Below, piece after piece: positions 12,620-25,785 of a stretch of 64,000 bases of DNA. Every line of letters starts with the position of its first letter. The stretch's first letter is position 1. Made by a program: the position numbers and the translations under genes. The stretch comes from Camelus ferus (taxonomy: Eukaryota), in contig NC_045696.1 in assembly GCF_009834535.1 (NCBI RefSeq), positions 70,248,001 through 70,312,000 on the forward strand, given 5' to 3'. A model generated the notes under the pieces. That model saw only the letters and a program-made list of their open reading frames with translations, was not told the origin of the DNA and ran no database searches.

Positions 12620-12970
12620 GCAAGGGTCTGCAGGGTTGGGGCTCGGGGAAGGAGGAGGGTTGGGGTGGAGATGGGCACCTGTGCCCCGGATTGGCCGAGC
12701 GGTGGGAGGCGGTGCCCCGCCCGCATTGGCCCAGCGGGCGTCCCTCCTCGCGGGGCTGGCCCGGCGCCCAGGGAATGTGATATTACCCAGTGATGGGAGG
12801 TGGCGGCACTTACGAGGCAGAGGAAACATGGCCGAGTTTGCGCGGCTGCAGAACTCTCTGGCACTGATCCGCCTACGAAACCCGCCGGTCAACGCGATCA
12901 GGTAACAGGCTCGGTCACCTCCAGCCCTGGGACAGCAAGTGGGGTCTTAGCCGCCTGCAGGCCGTGGAGG
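12620..12970 (+). promoter_or_regulatory. EHHADH: EHHADH CpG island promoter
   Basis: CpG-rich and TATA-less, with two inverted CCAAT boxes (ATTGG at 12690 and 12725) and a GC box (~12714-12722) directly upstream of the ATG at 12828. Confidence 0.8.
12828..12901 (+). CDS. EHHADH: EHHADH exon 1 CDS (74 nt), MAEFARLQNSLALIRLRNPPVNAIS
   Basis: Kozak aacATGG, crotonase N-terminal NPPVNAIS motif, donor AG|GTAACA. Confidence 0.97.
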
Positions 12971-15445
12971 TTTTAACTCTCCCTTGCTGGTTTAAACGGA
13001 GAAACACTGGCATGGATTGAACCATGGCATATACCAGGGCCTTTTACGGAGGTTAGCTTGGTTCCTGTTTACAGAGAACCCTCATCTCCGTTTTGCTGGT
13101 AAGGAAACCGAGAATGAGAGGCAGACAGATGGCTACCAAGTAGGGGAGCTGGGCCCAAACCCAGCTGTCCCTGCGAACTTCGTGCTGAACTCTTCTGCTT
13201 GCTTGAAACTTTGACTTCTCAGGCGTAGTTTCTGTTCCAAAGGTCTTTGTGCAATGCTGGCTGGACCTTGATCCCTCGCTTCCCAACCTGGGGTCCAGGC
13301 CACTCTTAATAGTGTGCCACTAAAAGCTCTAGGAATCCAACAATAAAGTGGCTTCCCATGGTTAAGAAGTAATAAAGGTCCCCATTAATGCCAACACAGA
13401 ATTGTGTCCTGGCCCAGAAATTCAAAGGTGTAACTCTTGATTTGTTCTAAACCTCAGGGTCTTGGGGCTTCAGTGGAAGATCCATGTCAGAATAAGCCTG
13501 TTAAACAGCATCTTCTGAAAAACTGTTGTGCCGTTTATGTTCTTTTTTTTTTTGTGGAGGACCTTCCGTGCTAAACTCTCTAAGCCATATCACGTGTGTT
13601 CAATGCACTTACAACATAACTTTAAAAATGCTGCTGTTTTGAAAATTAATGAAGTTACTAGGTTTGGTTCTTTTATCTCTCTGAAAAAAGTGTAGTGATA
13701 CATCAGCCTAGGAAAGAGTCACCCATCCACAGGCAGTAGGATTAGCAGAAATTTTATAATTTACAAAGAATATATAATGCATAAAAAGACCTTTGGTCAG
13801 AATCCTTATCACATGCTGCTGGAGCAAAAAGACATTGAAATGAGAAGACCTGCTAATTTTAACTGAATTTTTATCCTAGTTTCATCAGATTTGATTTTAT
13901 CATTAGCATTAATATTATAATTCTTATTCTAATATGAAATTTTGCATTTACTACTACAAAAAATTTAGAAATAAAATCATGCAAGGATGATATATCCACT
14001 TACTTGCCACTCAGAAAAAAGCAAAATATTTGTTATTTTGGTTTTGATGAAGAAAAACATTAGTAATATGATTACGTATCAATTTTGGACTTGTCTGTAT
14101 TCTAATTAGAATTACTAAATATTGGGATTCTCTGCCTTAACCTGTGCTCTCCAAGAGTTTGGGGAAAAGTTCCACAGTCTTTCTATAACTAGGGATATTT
14201 TCCTGTAAGTACTTAAAATGTTTCTGATATTTAACCTATCTCCCACCCCCTTGCAAGGGAAATGTTAATATCTACCTCATAAAGCTGTTGTGAGGTTTAA
14301 ATGTATTGGAGATTATAAACTGGCACTTAACAGATGTTAGCTGTTGTCATTTCTGTTAGAAAGCCTGTTTCAAGCCCCTACCAACAGGCCCCACTGCTCA
14401 GGATTCATTTCAGCTGTATCAAGATTTCCTTCACTTGGGAATAAATACTTTCTTGCCCTTTCCCATCTACGTTCTTCTGAACTTATATTTAGGTAAATGT
14501 GTATGTCCCAGCACATTCATTAAGTGTAACAGGTTCCCAATTTTTTTTTTTTTTTTTGCTGTATAGTTTTCTTCTTCCCTTCCTCCCTTTCCCCCTTCCT
14601 ATTTCTAATTTTATGTGGAAATTATTTCTTCCTAGCTAACTGAGAATTCTTATTTGAATATTTTTTGACCCAGTAAATAGTTTAAGTCTTTCCTTTCTCC
14701 TTTAGCCAGCCATGTTTCCCTCTATTCAGATAAATGCCAGCCCTCTTTACAAGTGTAGGACATACCTGATTACTAGGTCTATCTCCCAGTATAATGGCTT
14801 TCACATTTTTTTTTTTTTGCTATAATCCATATGTTAATCCATGTTTTACATAGCAACCTAAGACACACACACACAAATACATAACTGAAGACAAAGTTTC
14901 GTGAAACAAGACATCCTTACATGCTTGATGTATTCTTTTCTATTTCTTTATAAAAAATGCTGGTTACAAGCCATGATTTGACGATATTCAGTTTAAAAAA
15001 ATTGTCACAAAAAAGATTTCCTATAGTCACAGAAGCTAAAGAGTTGGTCACCATTCGTGAAATGTTCCCTTTAGACTCCATTTCTCCAAACCTGACAATA
15101 TTAAAGGGGGAAAATAATTTCTTAACCCCTGTGACCCTGACATTGCTGTGACGCTGTGGTCCCTTTCACTCAGCTAAGATCTAGTAAAGCTGTATCTCTT
15201 GCAGTCATTTTCATTTTTTTCCTGTGTTTGATTTTTTGTGAAATTAGCAAGAACATAAGAGTAGGGATTGGTTGAAATGGGAAAAGCCAGTCTTGCCTCC
15301 TCAGTGGCACAGATTGAGCTCATTTTGGCTAATTTTGCAGCCATCCTTACCCAAAAGGAATATGTGCCTTTTGGACTTCTTGGTATTATGGGTGGTTCAG
15401 AGTCAGTTTTCCATTAGCAGATTTGGTTTTTAATTAACTAGTTGA

Positions 15446-15566
15446 GGGGACAGTATAGCTCAGTGGTAGAGTGCATGTTTGGCATGCATGAGGTCATGGG
15501 TTCAATCCCCAGTACCTCCACTAAATAATAAATAAATAAATAAATAAATCTAATTACCCCCTCCCC
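15446..15566 (+). mobile_element. tRNA-derived SINE (camelid vic-1-like)
   Basis: gtatagctcagtggtagagtgcatg...gggttcaatccccagtacctcc, then (AAAT)n and ctaattacccc. Confidence 0.9.
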
Positions 15567-17183
15567 AACTATGGGTATTAAGGGTAGTTTCAACAATGTG
15601 ATTAATGCCTGTTATAATAGTTGTTAGGAAAAAAGCAGAAACAAAATTACAGATGACTAACTAGATGAAGCAAGATGTTTTGTTTGATCTCATCATGGTT
15701 AAATAGTGACAAATAACTAGGTGAGAGGGAATTACCATGTAAAGGGCAAATATCTCTTTTATTCCCTGAGGTTTTAACTCAGGGTTGCTAATCTGAACAA
15801 TCTGGTTCTTCTGGAAGTTTGTTGTTTGTTTCACAATTTTTTTTCACCCTGTATACTAATGAGGAGACATTTCCCCCAGAATACTCAGCATTCTAAGGCA
15901 AAACTGATTGGACTCTGGTTCTGTCATCTTTCTGTAAGCAATTCCTCACCACTTTCCTAGTTCTCCTCCTTACTATCTCTTGGCAGTTGTTGATCCTCTG
16001 CTTCTTGGCAAATTCTCCTCTCTTTGTCTCTGTGACTTCGGGCTTCCCCTGGTGCTGAATCACTCTGCTGAGCCTCTCCCACCTCTTAAATGAGGATGTA
16101 TCTAGAGGACCTACCCTCTGCTCTCTTTTCCTCTGGGAGATCCATTTAATCTTGGCTTTATCTCCCCCACAGATGACTCCCTCATCTACTGAAACTTGGC
16201 AAAATCTATTACATGCCCTTCCTTTTCCAGACTTTGCCTTTACCTCCTAAATTAGTTAGAATTAGGTTTGGCTGCTAGTGACAGAAAACTCAAAATAGTG
16301 GATTAAGCAAGAAAAAGTTGATTTCTCTCACAGTGTCCTGGAATGGCATGGCTCCTCCATAGTCATCAGGGACCCCAATTCCATCTATCTTTTGCTCTGC
16401 CATCCTCAAGAAAGAGCTTCCACCTCATGATCCATAATGGCTGCTCCCAATCTAGCCATCTAGCATTCCTGCCAGGAGTAGAGAGGGAAGAAAAAGAGAA
16501 AAGCATACCAGGTCCTTTAAGGACTCTTCCCCAAAGTTGCATATACCAAATCTGTTTCTATCCCGTTGGCCAGAACTCAATGCCGTGGGCTGACCTTACT
16601 ATTGGGAAATGTAGTCTTTATTTTGGGCAGCTATGTATCGAAATAAAACTAGATGTTTAATATTTTGAAGAAGGTCAGGAGGAAGGGATATTTGGGGGTA
16701 ACTTGCAGCCCCTGCTACATCTCTTAGACTGTTTCTTCTAGACTATTCCAGTTTTCTTATATTTTGCCAATATGACAAATTGAAAGCAATTTCTTTCCCC
16801 TCAGAACTTCCATATGACTTTCTTTGCACCTTTGTTACAGCACTCATCTTAGTGTGATACTGTGCTGTGTGTATTTTGTTCTCCTAGGATGCTGTAAACT
16901 CCTTTCACTGTACATAGAAGATGTATGTAATATTTTTTAAGTTGATAGTGCTGATTCTAAGTGGTCTAAGTTACAACAGAATGCAGGAAACCACTGTTTT
17001 TCTAAACTTATGTATTTAATCAGTTCACTGCTTAATTTACAGTAGACAGATATATTATTTGTTAAACAAATTAGTGAAAGCTTAATGATAGTATCTAGGA
17101 TTTTTATCCATCATGTATGAGTATAATTTTTCATTGTTAGGAGAGGGAAAAAAAACTTTGAGAAGGTAGAAATTTGGTTCTGA

Positions 17184-17369
<186 letters not shown>

Positions 17370-17599
17370 TGAGATCAATACTGCATTAGCTGTCCCTGTG
17401 GGTAATGAATATGAGAGACTTGAGTGGGAATGAGAAACATTGTGGAAAAGAGACAGGAGTCACCCAGGACAGACAGGAGAGACCCAGAGAAGATGCGGAC
17501 CTTACTCTGTTTTATATTGGATTGGGCCTTTGGAGGACATTTAGCTGCAGACTTTTGATGGCTGTTATACCAGCTAGTATCTACCTGCTCTGCATATGT

Positions 17600-17780
17600 C
17601 TCCACCCTATGTGAGCTTGGGCAAGTCCCTTTAATCTCCTGAACCTCAATTTCTCTACTGATAAAATGCATACCATAATATTTATATCTTAACAGGTTCT
17701 TGTGAGATTAAATGAGATAACACATCTGAAAATCCCTAGAGCAGTGCCTACATGCAGATGTTCAATAAATGTTATTTTTT
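17600..17780 (+). mobile_element. MIR SINE
   Basis: tgtgagcttgggcaagtccctttaatctc...gtgagattaaatgagataa...aataaatgtta, a MIR core plus tail. Confidence 0.75.
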
Positions 17781-18499
17781 ATTTTACAGAGTCTTGAAAT
17801 GGAGTTCATTTTTCTTCTGATACTTACCCATCTCAGGGGCCATCACACTTTTTATTAGGTTATCCTGTGAAAATGCAAACATAGTGACAAAATATGGCAA
17901 AAGTATCTGAAATGGTGATTTATTCAATGGTATTTGTAGCACACTGTCTTCTTTTCCCAAATAAATATACTCTTTGACAAAGATCACATGGATATGAAGG
18001 TCCATGCATTCTTACTGTAGCCAAAGGAATTTAATGTATGTCAGTGGTAGCCTGAGAAGATATAGATGTTGAAATCATGACAATAAATAAATAAAGACAT
18101 TAATCATAATAATTACTGTTTAGCTTGCCTGCTATGTGCCAGTACTGTATAGCTTATTAATGAAACTAGTAATATTTTTACACACTTTATACTTTAATCC
18201 TCAGTAAATCCTACAATTTCCATTTACAGATGAAAAGGCTGAGCCTAAGAGATTAAATAATGTACCAAACGTTAACCAGCTATTTCATGGCTTACTCAAC
18301 TGTTTGAAAACTTAAGGTTGGGAGCCCAAGATGGTGACTTTGAGGTGTGGAGAGAGGGATCAGAATTATGAAAAGTCAGAATTGATATTTCTTTGTCACA
18401 ACAGAGGTAGGAGAGAATATAGTTAGAGTTCAGAGGCAGAAAAAAATAATTTCCCTTGGAAAGCATTAGGGATTATCAGACTTGACCTAAATGGGCTTA

Positions 18500-20480
18500 G
18501 ATAGAACAAAGTGCCCAACAATTGGAAAATATATATTCTTCTCAAATCTGCAGCATTTACAAAAATTGATCAGGTACTGGACCATAGAAGCTTATCTCAA
18601 TAAATTTCATTTAGAATGTGTTCTCTGACAAAAATGCAATCAAGCTAGAAATCAATAACAAAGATATAACTAGAGCTTCTCACGTGTTTGGAAAATAAAT
18701 TCACTTCTTGAAAGCCTCTGAGTCAAAGCAGAAATCATAATGCAATTTAGAAAATATTTTGAACTGATTGATAATAAAAACAACATATAAAAGTTGAGGC
18801 ATACAGCTAAAGCAATGCTTAGCAGAAAATGTGTAGCCTTAAAGGTATACATCAGAAAAGAAAAAAGACTGAAACATTGTGACAAGCATCTTTATCATGG
18901 AACTGACAAAACAAACAGTAAAATAAGCCCAAATGAAGCAGAAGGAAGGAAATGATAGAGGAGAAATTACTAAAATAGAAAACAAATGTGAATCAAGACA
19001 ACAATAATGTCAAGAATTGGTTCTTTGAAAAGACTAATGAAAAAGCTTCAGAGAGACTTATCAAGGAAAAAAGAGAAGATACAAACAATACATATAAATA
19101 AAGACAAAAGGGATATCACTGCAGGTGCTCTAGCCATTGGAAAAGATAACATGAGCACATAGAAAAATACAGCTTATAAAACTGACTCAAGAAGAAACAG
19201 AAAACCATTAAAGAAATTGAATTAGTAATCAAGAATCTCACAAAGTAAATTCAAGTCCCAGGTGACTTCATTGGTAACCTCTAACTGAAAAGTCAAGGAA
19301 AATGTTATCACAAATGTTTCAGAGAATAAAAATAAGAGGGAACACTTCCTATATTAGTTTCCTGGGGCTGCTCAAAACAACAGAAACTGGTGCTCAAACT
19401 GGGTGGCTCAAAACAACAGAAATTTATTCTTTCAGAGTTCCAGAGGCTAGAAGTTCAAAATCAAGGTATCTGCAAGGCCCTTCTTCCTCCAAAGGCCCTA
19501 GGGAAGACTCTCTCCTCGCCTCTTCTAGCTTCTGTGGCTGTTGGCAATACTTGGCATTCCATGGCTGCTTGTTGCACTACTTTTCTTTCTGCCTCTGTCT
19601 TCCTGTGGACTTCTCCCCTGTGTCCAAATTTCCCTGATCTTATATAGACACCCCTCCCCAACCCAGTATGACCTCTTCTTTACCTGATTACGTCTGCAAA
19701 GACCCTGTTTCCAAATAAGATCATGTTCATGTGTTCTGAGTGGACACCATTCAACCCAATATACTTCCCAACTCATTTTGTGAGGCTGGCATAATCTTGA
19801 TAACATCTGTCAAGGACAGTACAAAAAAGCAAAATTACAGACCAATTTCATTTGGTAGGTATAAAAATCTGAAACAATCTATTATAAAATTGAATCCAGC
19901 AGTATATAAAAAGCATAATACATCACTTTTATCCTGGACATACTAGATTAGTTAAACATTAGAATGTCAATGTGATTCATCCTAGTAAAAGATTAAAGGA
20001 GAAAAATTGTGATTATTTCAAAAGGTGCAGGGAAAAAAAAACACTTGGTAATGTTTAACATTCATTAGAGATAAAAATTCTTGGTAAACAAAGTATAGAA
20101 AGAAAATGTCTTTACTAGGCAAAACATCTATTTTTAAAAACCTCCAGCAAATATCAAACAAAATGGTAAATTGAAAGATTTCCTTATGTGAAAGGAACAA
20201 GACAAGGCTGGCTGCTATCACCATGTGGATTTGACATTGTATTCTAGGCCCTGGCCAGGCTAGAAAGGCTAGAAAAAGAAAGAAAAGGTATAAGGATTGG
20301 GAAGAAAGAAACAAAACTTCCTTATTCAGAAGGTATGATTGTAGAAAATCAAAATAATCTATCAGTAAATTATTAGAATTAATAATAGAATTTAGCAATT
20401 TTGCTGGATATAAAATCAGTATCTCTAAAGTAATTGCATTTCTACATGCCAGAAATAAACAGTTAAAAAGTGAAATCACT
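18500..20480 (+). mobile_element. Degenerate L1 ORF2 segment interrupted by an MLT1 LTR
   Basis: A-rich L1 ORF2 relics such as LPNSFCEAGIILI and QNYRPIS in ORF 19740-19946, with many stops and frameshifts. Confidence 0.85.
19350..19763 (-). mobile_element. MaLR MLT1 solo LTR nested in L1
   Basis: tatattagtttcc...aaaacaacagaaatttattct...ggacaccattcaaccca, with 5-bp TSD CTTCC at 19345-19349 and 19764-19768. Confidence 0.85.
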
Positions 20481-21154
20481 ATACTCTTGTCTGTGCCTTG
20501 GTTTCTGTAAAATTGGGATGATAGTACTTACCTTATGCCACAAGTAGAAGAATGTAGTATAACTTTTCAGAATGTGGGCTGTACAGTCAGACTGCCCAAG
20601 CTCAAGTCCTTATTCTACCAGTTACAGAGTCACGTGTCTGAACTAGTCACTTAACATCTCAAAACCTTAAACTTCTGTACCTGTAAAATGGACATTGTTA
20701 TACTGCTTAACTTAGGTGCTAAGAATATTAAACAAAACTACTTAGCACAGTGCCTGATGTATATAGTATTTATCCAGTACATGTTAAATGCTATTATTAC
20801 ATGAAAAATTATTTTAATCTAAAGTTATAGGAGTAATAGTTCTGAGATTCAGAATGAAGTTCATCTTGTTTCTCTAGAACCAAAAAAGGATTTAAAAAAT
20901 AAAGCTTTAATAACACTGGAGTGTGAAGTATGATGGCTTGGTGAGAAAAAAGCCTAATCCCTGGATAAATGCTAGATGAAGAGCAGGTGGCAAAAATAAA
21001 TAAACAAATAAAGGTTGAACATTAAATAATTACTTTAACTTTTTAACTGGTACCACAGACTTAATGTTTTCAAAGAATAGATGATGCTATAGGGAAAGAA
21101 CTCATGATGTATAATGTTATGTGGAAAAGGAGAATACAAAAAGTCATTTTACAG

Positions 21155-21270
21155 GGGGGAGGGTATAGCTCAGTGGTAGAGTGCCTGCTTATCATGCACA
21201 AGGTCCTGGCTTCAATCTCCAGTACCTCCATTAAACAAACAAACAAACCTAATTACCTTCACCTTCCCCC
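21155..21270 (+). mobile_element. tRNA-derived SINE (camelid vic-1-like)
   Basis: Same head as the other copies; 16-bp TSD aaaa(g/a)tcattttacag at 21139-21154 and 21271-21286. Confidence 0.92.
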
Positions 21271-21999
21271 AAAAATCATTTTACAGAATGTTCTCAATAT
21301 TGTTAAAAATATGTATTATAGTAAATTTTCATTTAGTTCTCACATCAGTCATTTAAGATAGGTATTAAGACAAAAATGTTAAATAAATTACTCAAGATCA
21401 CAAAGCAATTTACATATATGCATCAGGAAAAAACTAAGAATTCACCAAAATACTACATTGTTGTCTCTATGTGGTGGTATTTGGGGTAATCTTTATGTCC
21501 TTTATGGTTTGGTGTTATTTTTCAAGTTTTCCATTATGCATATTATTTTTATAATTAGGAAAAGCAGTAAATATTGTTACTTTTATTGATCACAAAAAAT
21601 CTATCACAAAAACATAATTCTAAGCTGATTGATTAACATATCACTCACAAATATGTCTGCACATTACCCTGAGATTTTAATTATAATGACGGATGCCCTT
21701 AACATAGACATGGGTCTAAATTGCTGTGAAGAGGGTTGTTGAGTAGTATCATACAAAAAATGGGAGGGGCTGACTCAATGTCACAATCTCTATTTCTTTT
21801 CTGAGCTTTCAAGTTTTTCTAAAGGTAAATTACCACTATCATATAGAAAGACAGATTTTTAGATGACAGGATTTCTGATAAAGATTTGAAGATTTTCTCT
21901 CATATCATTCTACATTTTCCAGGCTACTTGTTCATTTATTGTGTCTGCAGCCCAAGAATGAAATGTTTCATGGATCCAAAGAGGTCTGTGATTCCTTAA

Positions 22000-22353
<354 letters not shown>

Positions 22354-23099
22354 TGAACAACTCTTAGGTATTTCTAGCACTGGTGTTCAGCTGCTACCAG
22401 TACAGTGGTACTAGCTGTTGAAATGTTGAAATATGTCCATTCTAGTTGGTAAATAGCTGCTACCCTGAGCCCATGACTGTCCCTTTGCTTCCCCTAACCC
22501 TAGCCCTTGAACCTCCCCATTGACCCACCAACTAAAGGGGAACTCCTGTGCAGGGCTCCCAGGACCCTACTCTAGCAATGTGGCCCACATCAGGTTTCAC
22601 TGAACCGTGCTCATGCAGTATGGGGTATTAAATATTTGACTACCACCCTGGAATATTTAAATTTTCATTTCCTATCTCAAACACTCCAGTTTTGTGGTCT
22701 CATAATTATTAGTACCTAAGAAGACAAGTTCCAGTTGGCAACAATGCACAACTAGTAAATTCATTTCTTTCTGAAATAGATTTGAGTTATTAGACATATA
22801 GATTGAGGTTTGTGATACCAGTCTTATAATGGTAATATTTTATAAGTAATATATTTTCTAATAATAAAGATAAGATTTATAGATTATAAAATATAGGAAA
22901 GTATAAAGATGTAAACTAAAGTCACCATTAACTCACAGTTCAGAAATAACCATTATTAACATTCTATTTTATTTCCTTCTGGTGTTTTTCCCGGGTAATT
23001 TTTTTTATGTATGTATTTTTTCTTTGCAATCTTTTTTGAAAAAACTACATTTGGAATTTTATTGTAGTTTATTTGTACTTTTTTTTTTACTAATATCAT

Positions 23100-23900
23100 A
23101 TTTGCACTATTATTAAATATTCTTTATCCATTCTGCCAAACTGCCTTTTTGAACATTTAATCCATTTACGTTTAACATAATTACTGATAAGGAAAGGCTT
23201 CTGCCATTTTGCTATTAATTTTCTATGCCTTACATTTTTTTTGTTCCTTAATTCCTCCATTAAAGTTTTCATTTGTATTACATACATATGTTCTAGTGTA
23301 CTTTTAATTTTCTTATTGTTTCTTTTACTATATATTTTTGAGTTATTTTCTTAGTGGTAGTTGCCCTGGGGATTATAATTAACATCTTAATTTATGACAA
23401 TCTAATTCAGATTAATTTCAATTGTATACAAAAAATTTGCTCCCATACCATTCTGTTACACACCCCCCTTTATGCTGTTATTGTGACAAATTATATCATT
23501 ATATATTATGTGCCCATCAATATAGTTGTATAATTTTTGCTTAATGTAATGGTCTTTTAAATCACATAAGAAAAAAGAGGAATTACATTACTACTGTATT
23601 TTATAATTTCCTATGTAATTACCATTTAACAGTGTTCTTTATTCCTTCATGTGGATTTGAGTTACTATCTAGTGTCCTTTCATTTCATCCTGAAGGATTT
23701 TTTCTGGGGCAAACATGCCACAACAAATTCAGTTTTTATTTATCTGAGAATGTCTTAATTTGCCTTCAATTTCAAAGACTAGTTTTGCTGGATGTAGAAT
23801 TCTCAGTTGACAGTATTTCTCTTTCAGTCTTCTAAGTATGTCATCCACTGCCTTCTGGCCTCCATGTTTTCTGATGAGAAATTTCTGTTGATCTTATTAT
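23100..23900 (-). mobile_element. Old L1 fragment
   Basis: T-rich antisense L1-like text (catttaatccatttacgtttaacataattactgata; ccactgccttctggcctccatg). Confidence 0.65.
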
Positions 23901-24361
23901 AAATATTCCTTAAAAATATCATTTTAAATGGTTGCATAATTTTCCATGTTATAGGAATACCATAATTATTTAACCTTTCCCTATGTTGTTTAAATTTTTA
24001 TAAAACTTAGAGATAAAGACATATATCCTAAGTGTCCATTTTTCTATGTCTCTCTTACCATGACTTTCTGCACACTGGGTGAAGATCTAAGTTACAAGCA
24101 GTAATAATTCAGGAGGTAGGGATGACCAGTGGCGGGGAATATGGTGACTGACTGCTAGGAAAGCCTTATGTGAGAGAGGTGCAAACATTTCAGATGTTTT
24201 GAAGTTGTTGGCCTATCAATTTGAGTAAATGACAGTCTGTTTTTAAATACCCTCCTCCTCCCATGACTAACAGAGCTTTGGTCACTTTTAAATGGCCAGG
24301 AGAGGCTTTTGATAAAGGACTCAACTCACCCTCTTGTCTGGACTGGGATTGCTGCCTGACC

Positions 24362-25300
24362 TTTTTCTTTTTCTTTTTCTTTTCTTTTTCTTTCTTTCTT
24401 TTTCTTTTTTTTTGGTAACAGCTTCATTATAGTTCAAAGACTACATAATTCACTCATTTAAAGTGTACAATCCAGTGGTATATTGGTATATTCACAGTTA
24501 TGCAGCCATTACCACAGTTGACTTTAGGACATTTCATCACCCTAAAAAGAAACTTCACACTCTTAAGGAGTAACCCACCATCTCCCTCTCCCCTAATTCT
24601 AGACAACCATAAATCTATTTTCTGTCTCTATGGATTTGCCTATTCTAGAAATTTCATCTCAATGGAATCCTGTTTTCAAACTTCATGTCATCAGTATTTC
24701 ATTCCTTTCTGTGGCTGAATAATATTTCCTTGTATAGACACACCACATTTTCTTTTTCCATTCCTTAGTTGATAGATACTTGGATTGTTTATACTTCTTT
24801 GGCTTTTATGAACAATGATGCTATGAAAATTTGTGCACAGGTTTTTTTGTGGGCATGTTTTCATTTCTTCTGGGTATATAACAAGGAGTAGAATTGCTGG
24901 GTCACATGGTAACACTATGTTGAACCTTTGAGAAACTGCCAATTTTTTTCCCCAAAGCATTGCACCATTTTACATTCTTACCAGCGATGTATGAGGGTTT
25001 TTTTTCTCCACATCTTCTCTAAAACTTGTTTTTGTCTGTCTTTTATAGCTATCCTAGTGGGTGTGAAATGGTATCTTACAGTTTTGATTTGCATTTCCCT
25101 GATGGCTAATGGTACTGAACATTTTTCATGTACTTATTGGCCATTTGTATCTTTTTGGAGAAACATCTGTTCAGATCCTTTGCCCATTTTTGATTGGGTC
25201 ATTTGTCTTTTTATTGTTGAGTTGTAAAAGTTCTTTATATATCCCAGATATATGATTAGCAAATATTCTCTCCCATTCTGTGGATTGTCTTTTTAATTTC
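24362..25300 (-). mobile_element. L1MB-type 3' end with a pyrimidine-rich tail
   Basis: Antisense L1 3' UTR and ORF2 end (agtagaattgctgggtcacatggtaac; ttttgatttgcatttccctgatggctaat). Confidence 0.85.
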
Positions 25301-25623
25301 TTAGCTGTTTGGCTCTTTCAGGGCTTCATAATGCTGTTCCTGGAGACTATTATTTGTGTTGACCAAGGCAGGTCATAATAGAGTCAGAGAAAAATTGTGT
25401 AATAAACTAGGGATGTGTTTCAACGTGAAGACTTAGAGACAGCAGAGCTCTGTTTGTGCTATTAATTAAAGAAGTGGGTGTGCACTAATTTGCCCTGTAG
25501 AAACTCTTGCTGAATTCTATGAAACAACGTTTTCGAGGGTGTGGGAAACCCAGGGGAATGCTTGCCTTGACTCTGAGTATATCATCTCATTCTAATGACC
25601 TTTATGCTTTCAATCTTTGGTAG

Positions 25624-25785
<162 letters not shown>

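Noticed and set aside
15446..15520. tRNA-like sequence with A and B boxes
   Set aside because: It is a SINE head: multiple diverged copies with A-rich tails and TSDs, not a tRNA gene.
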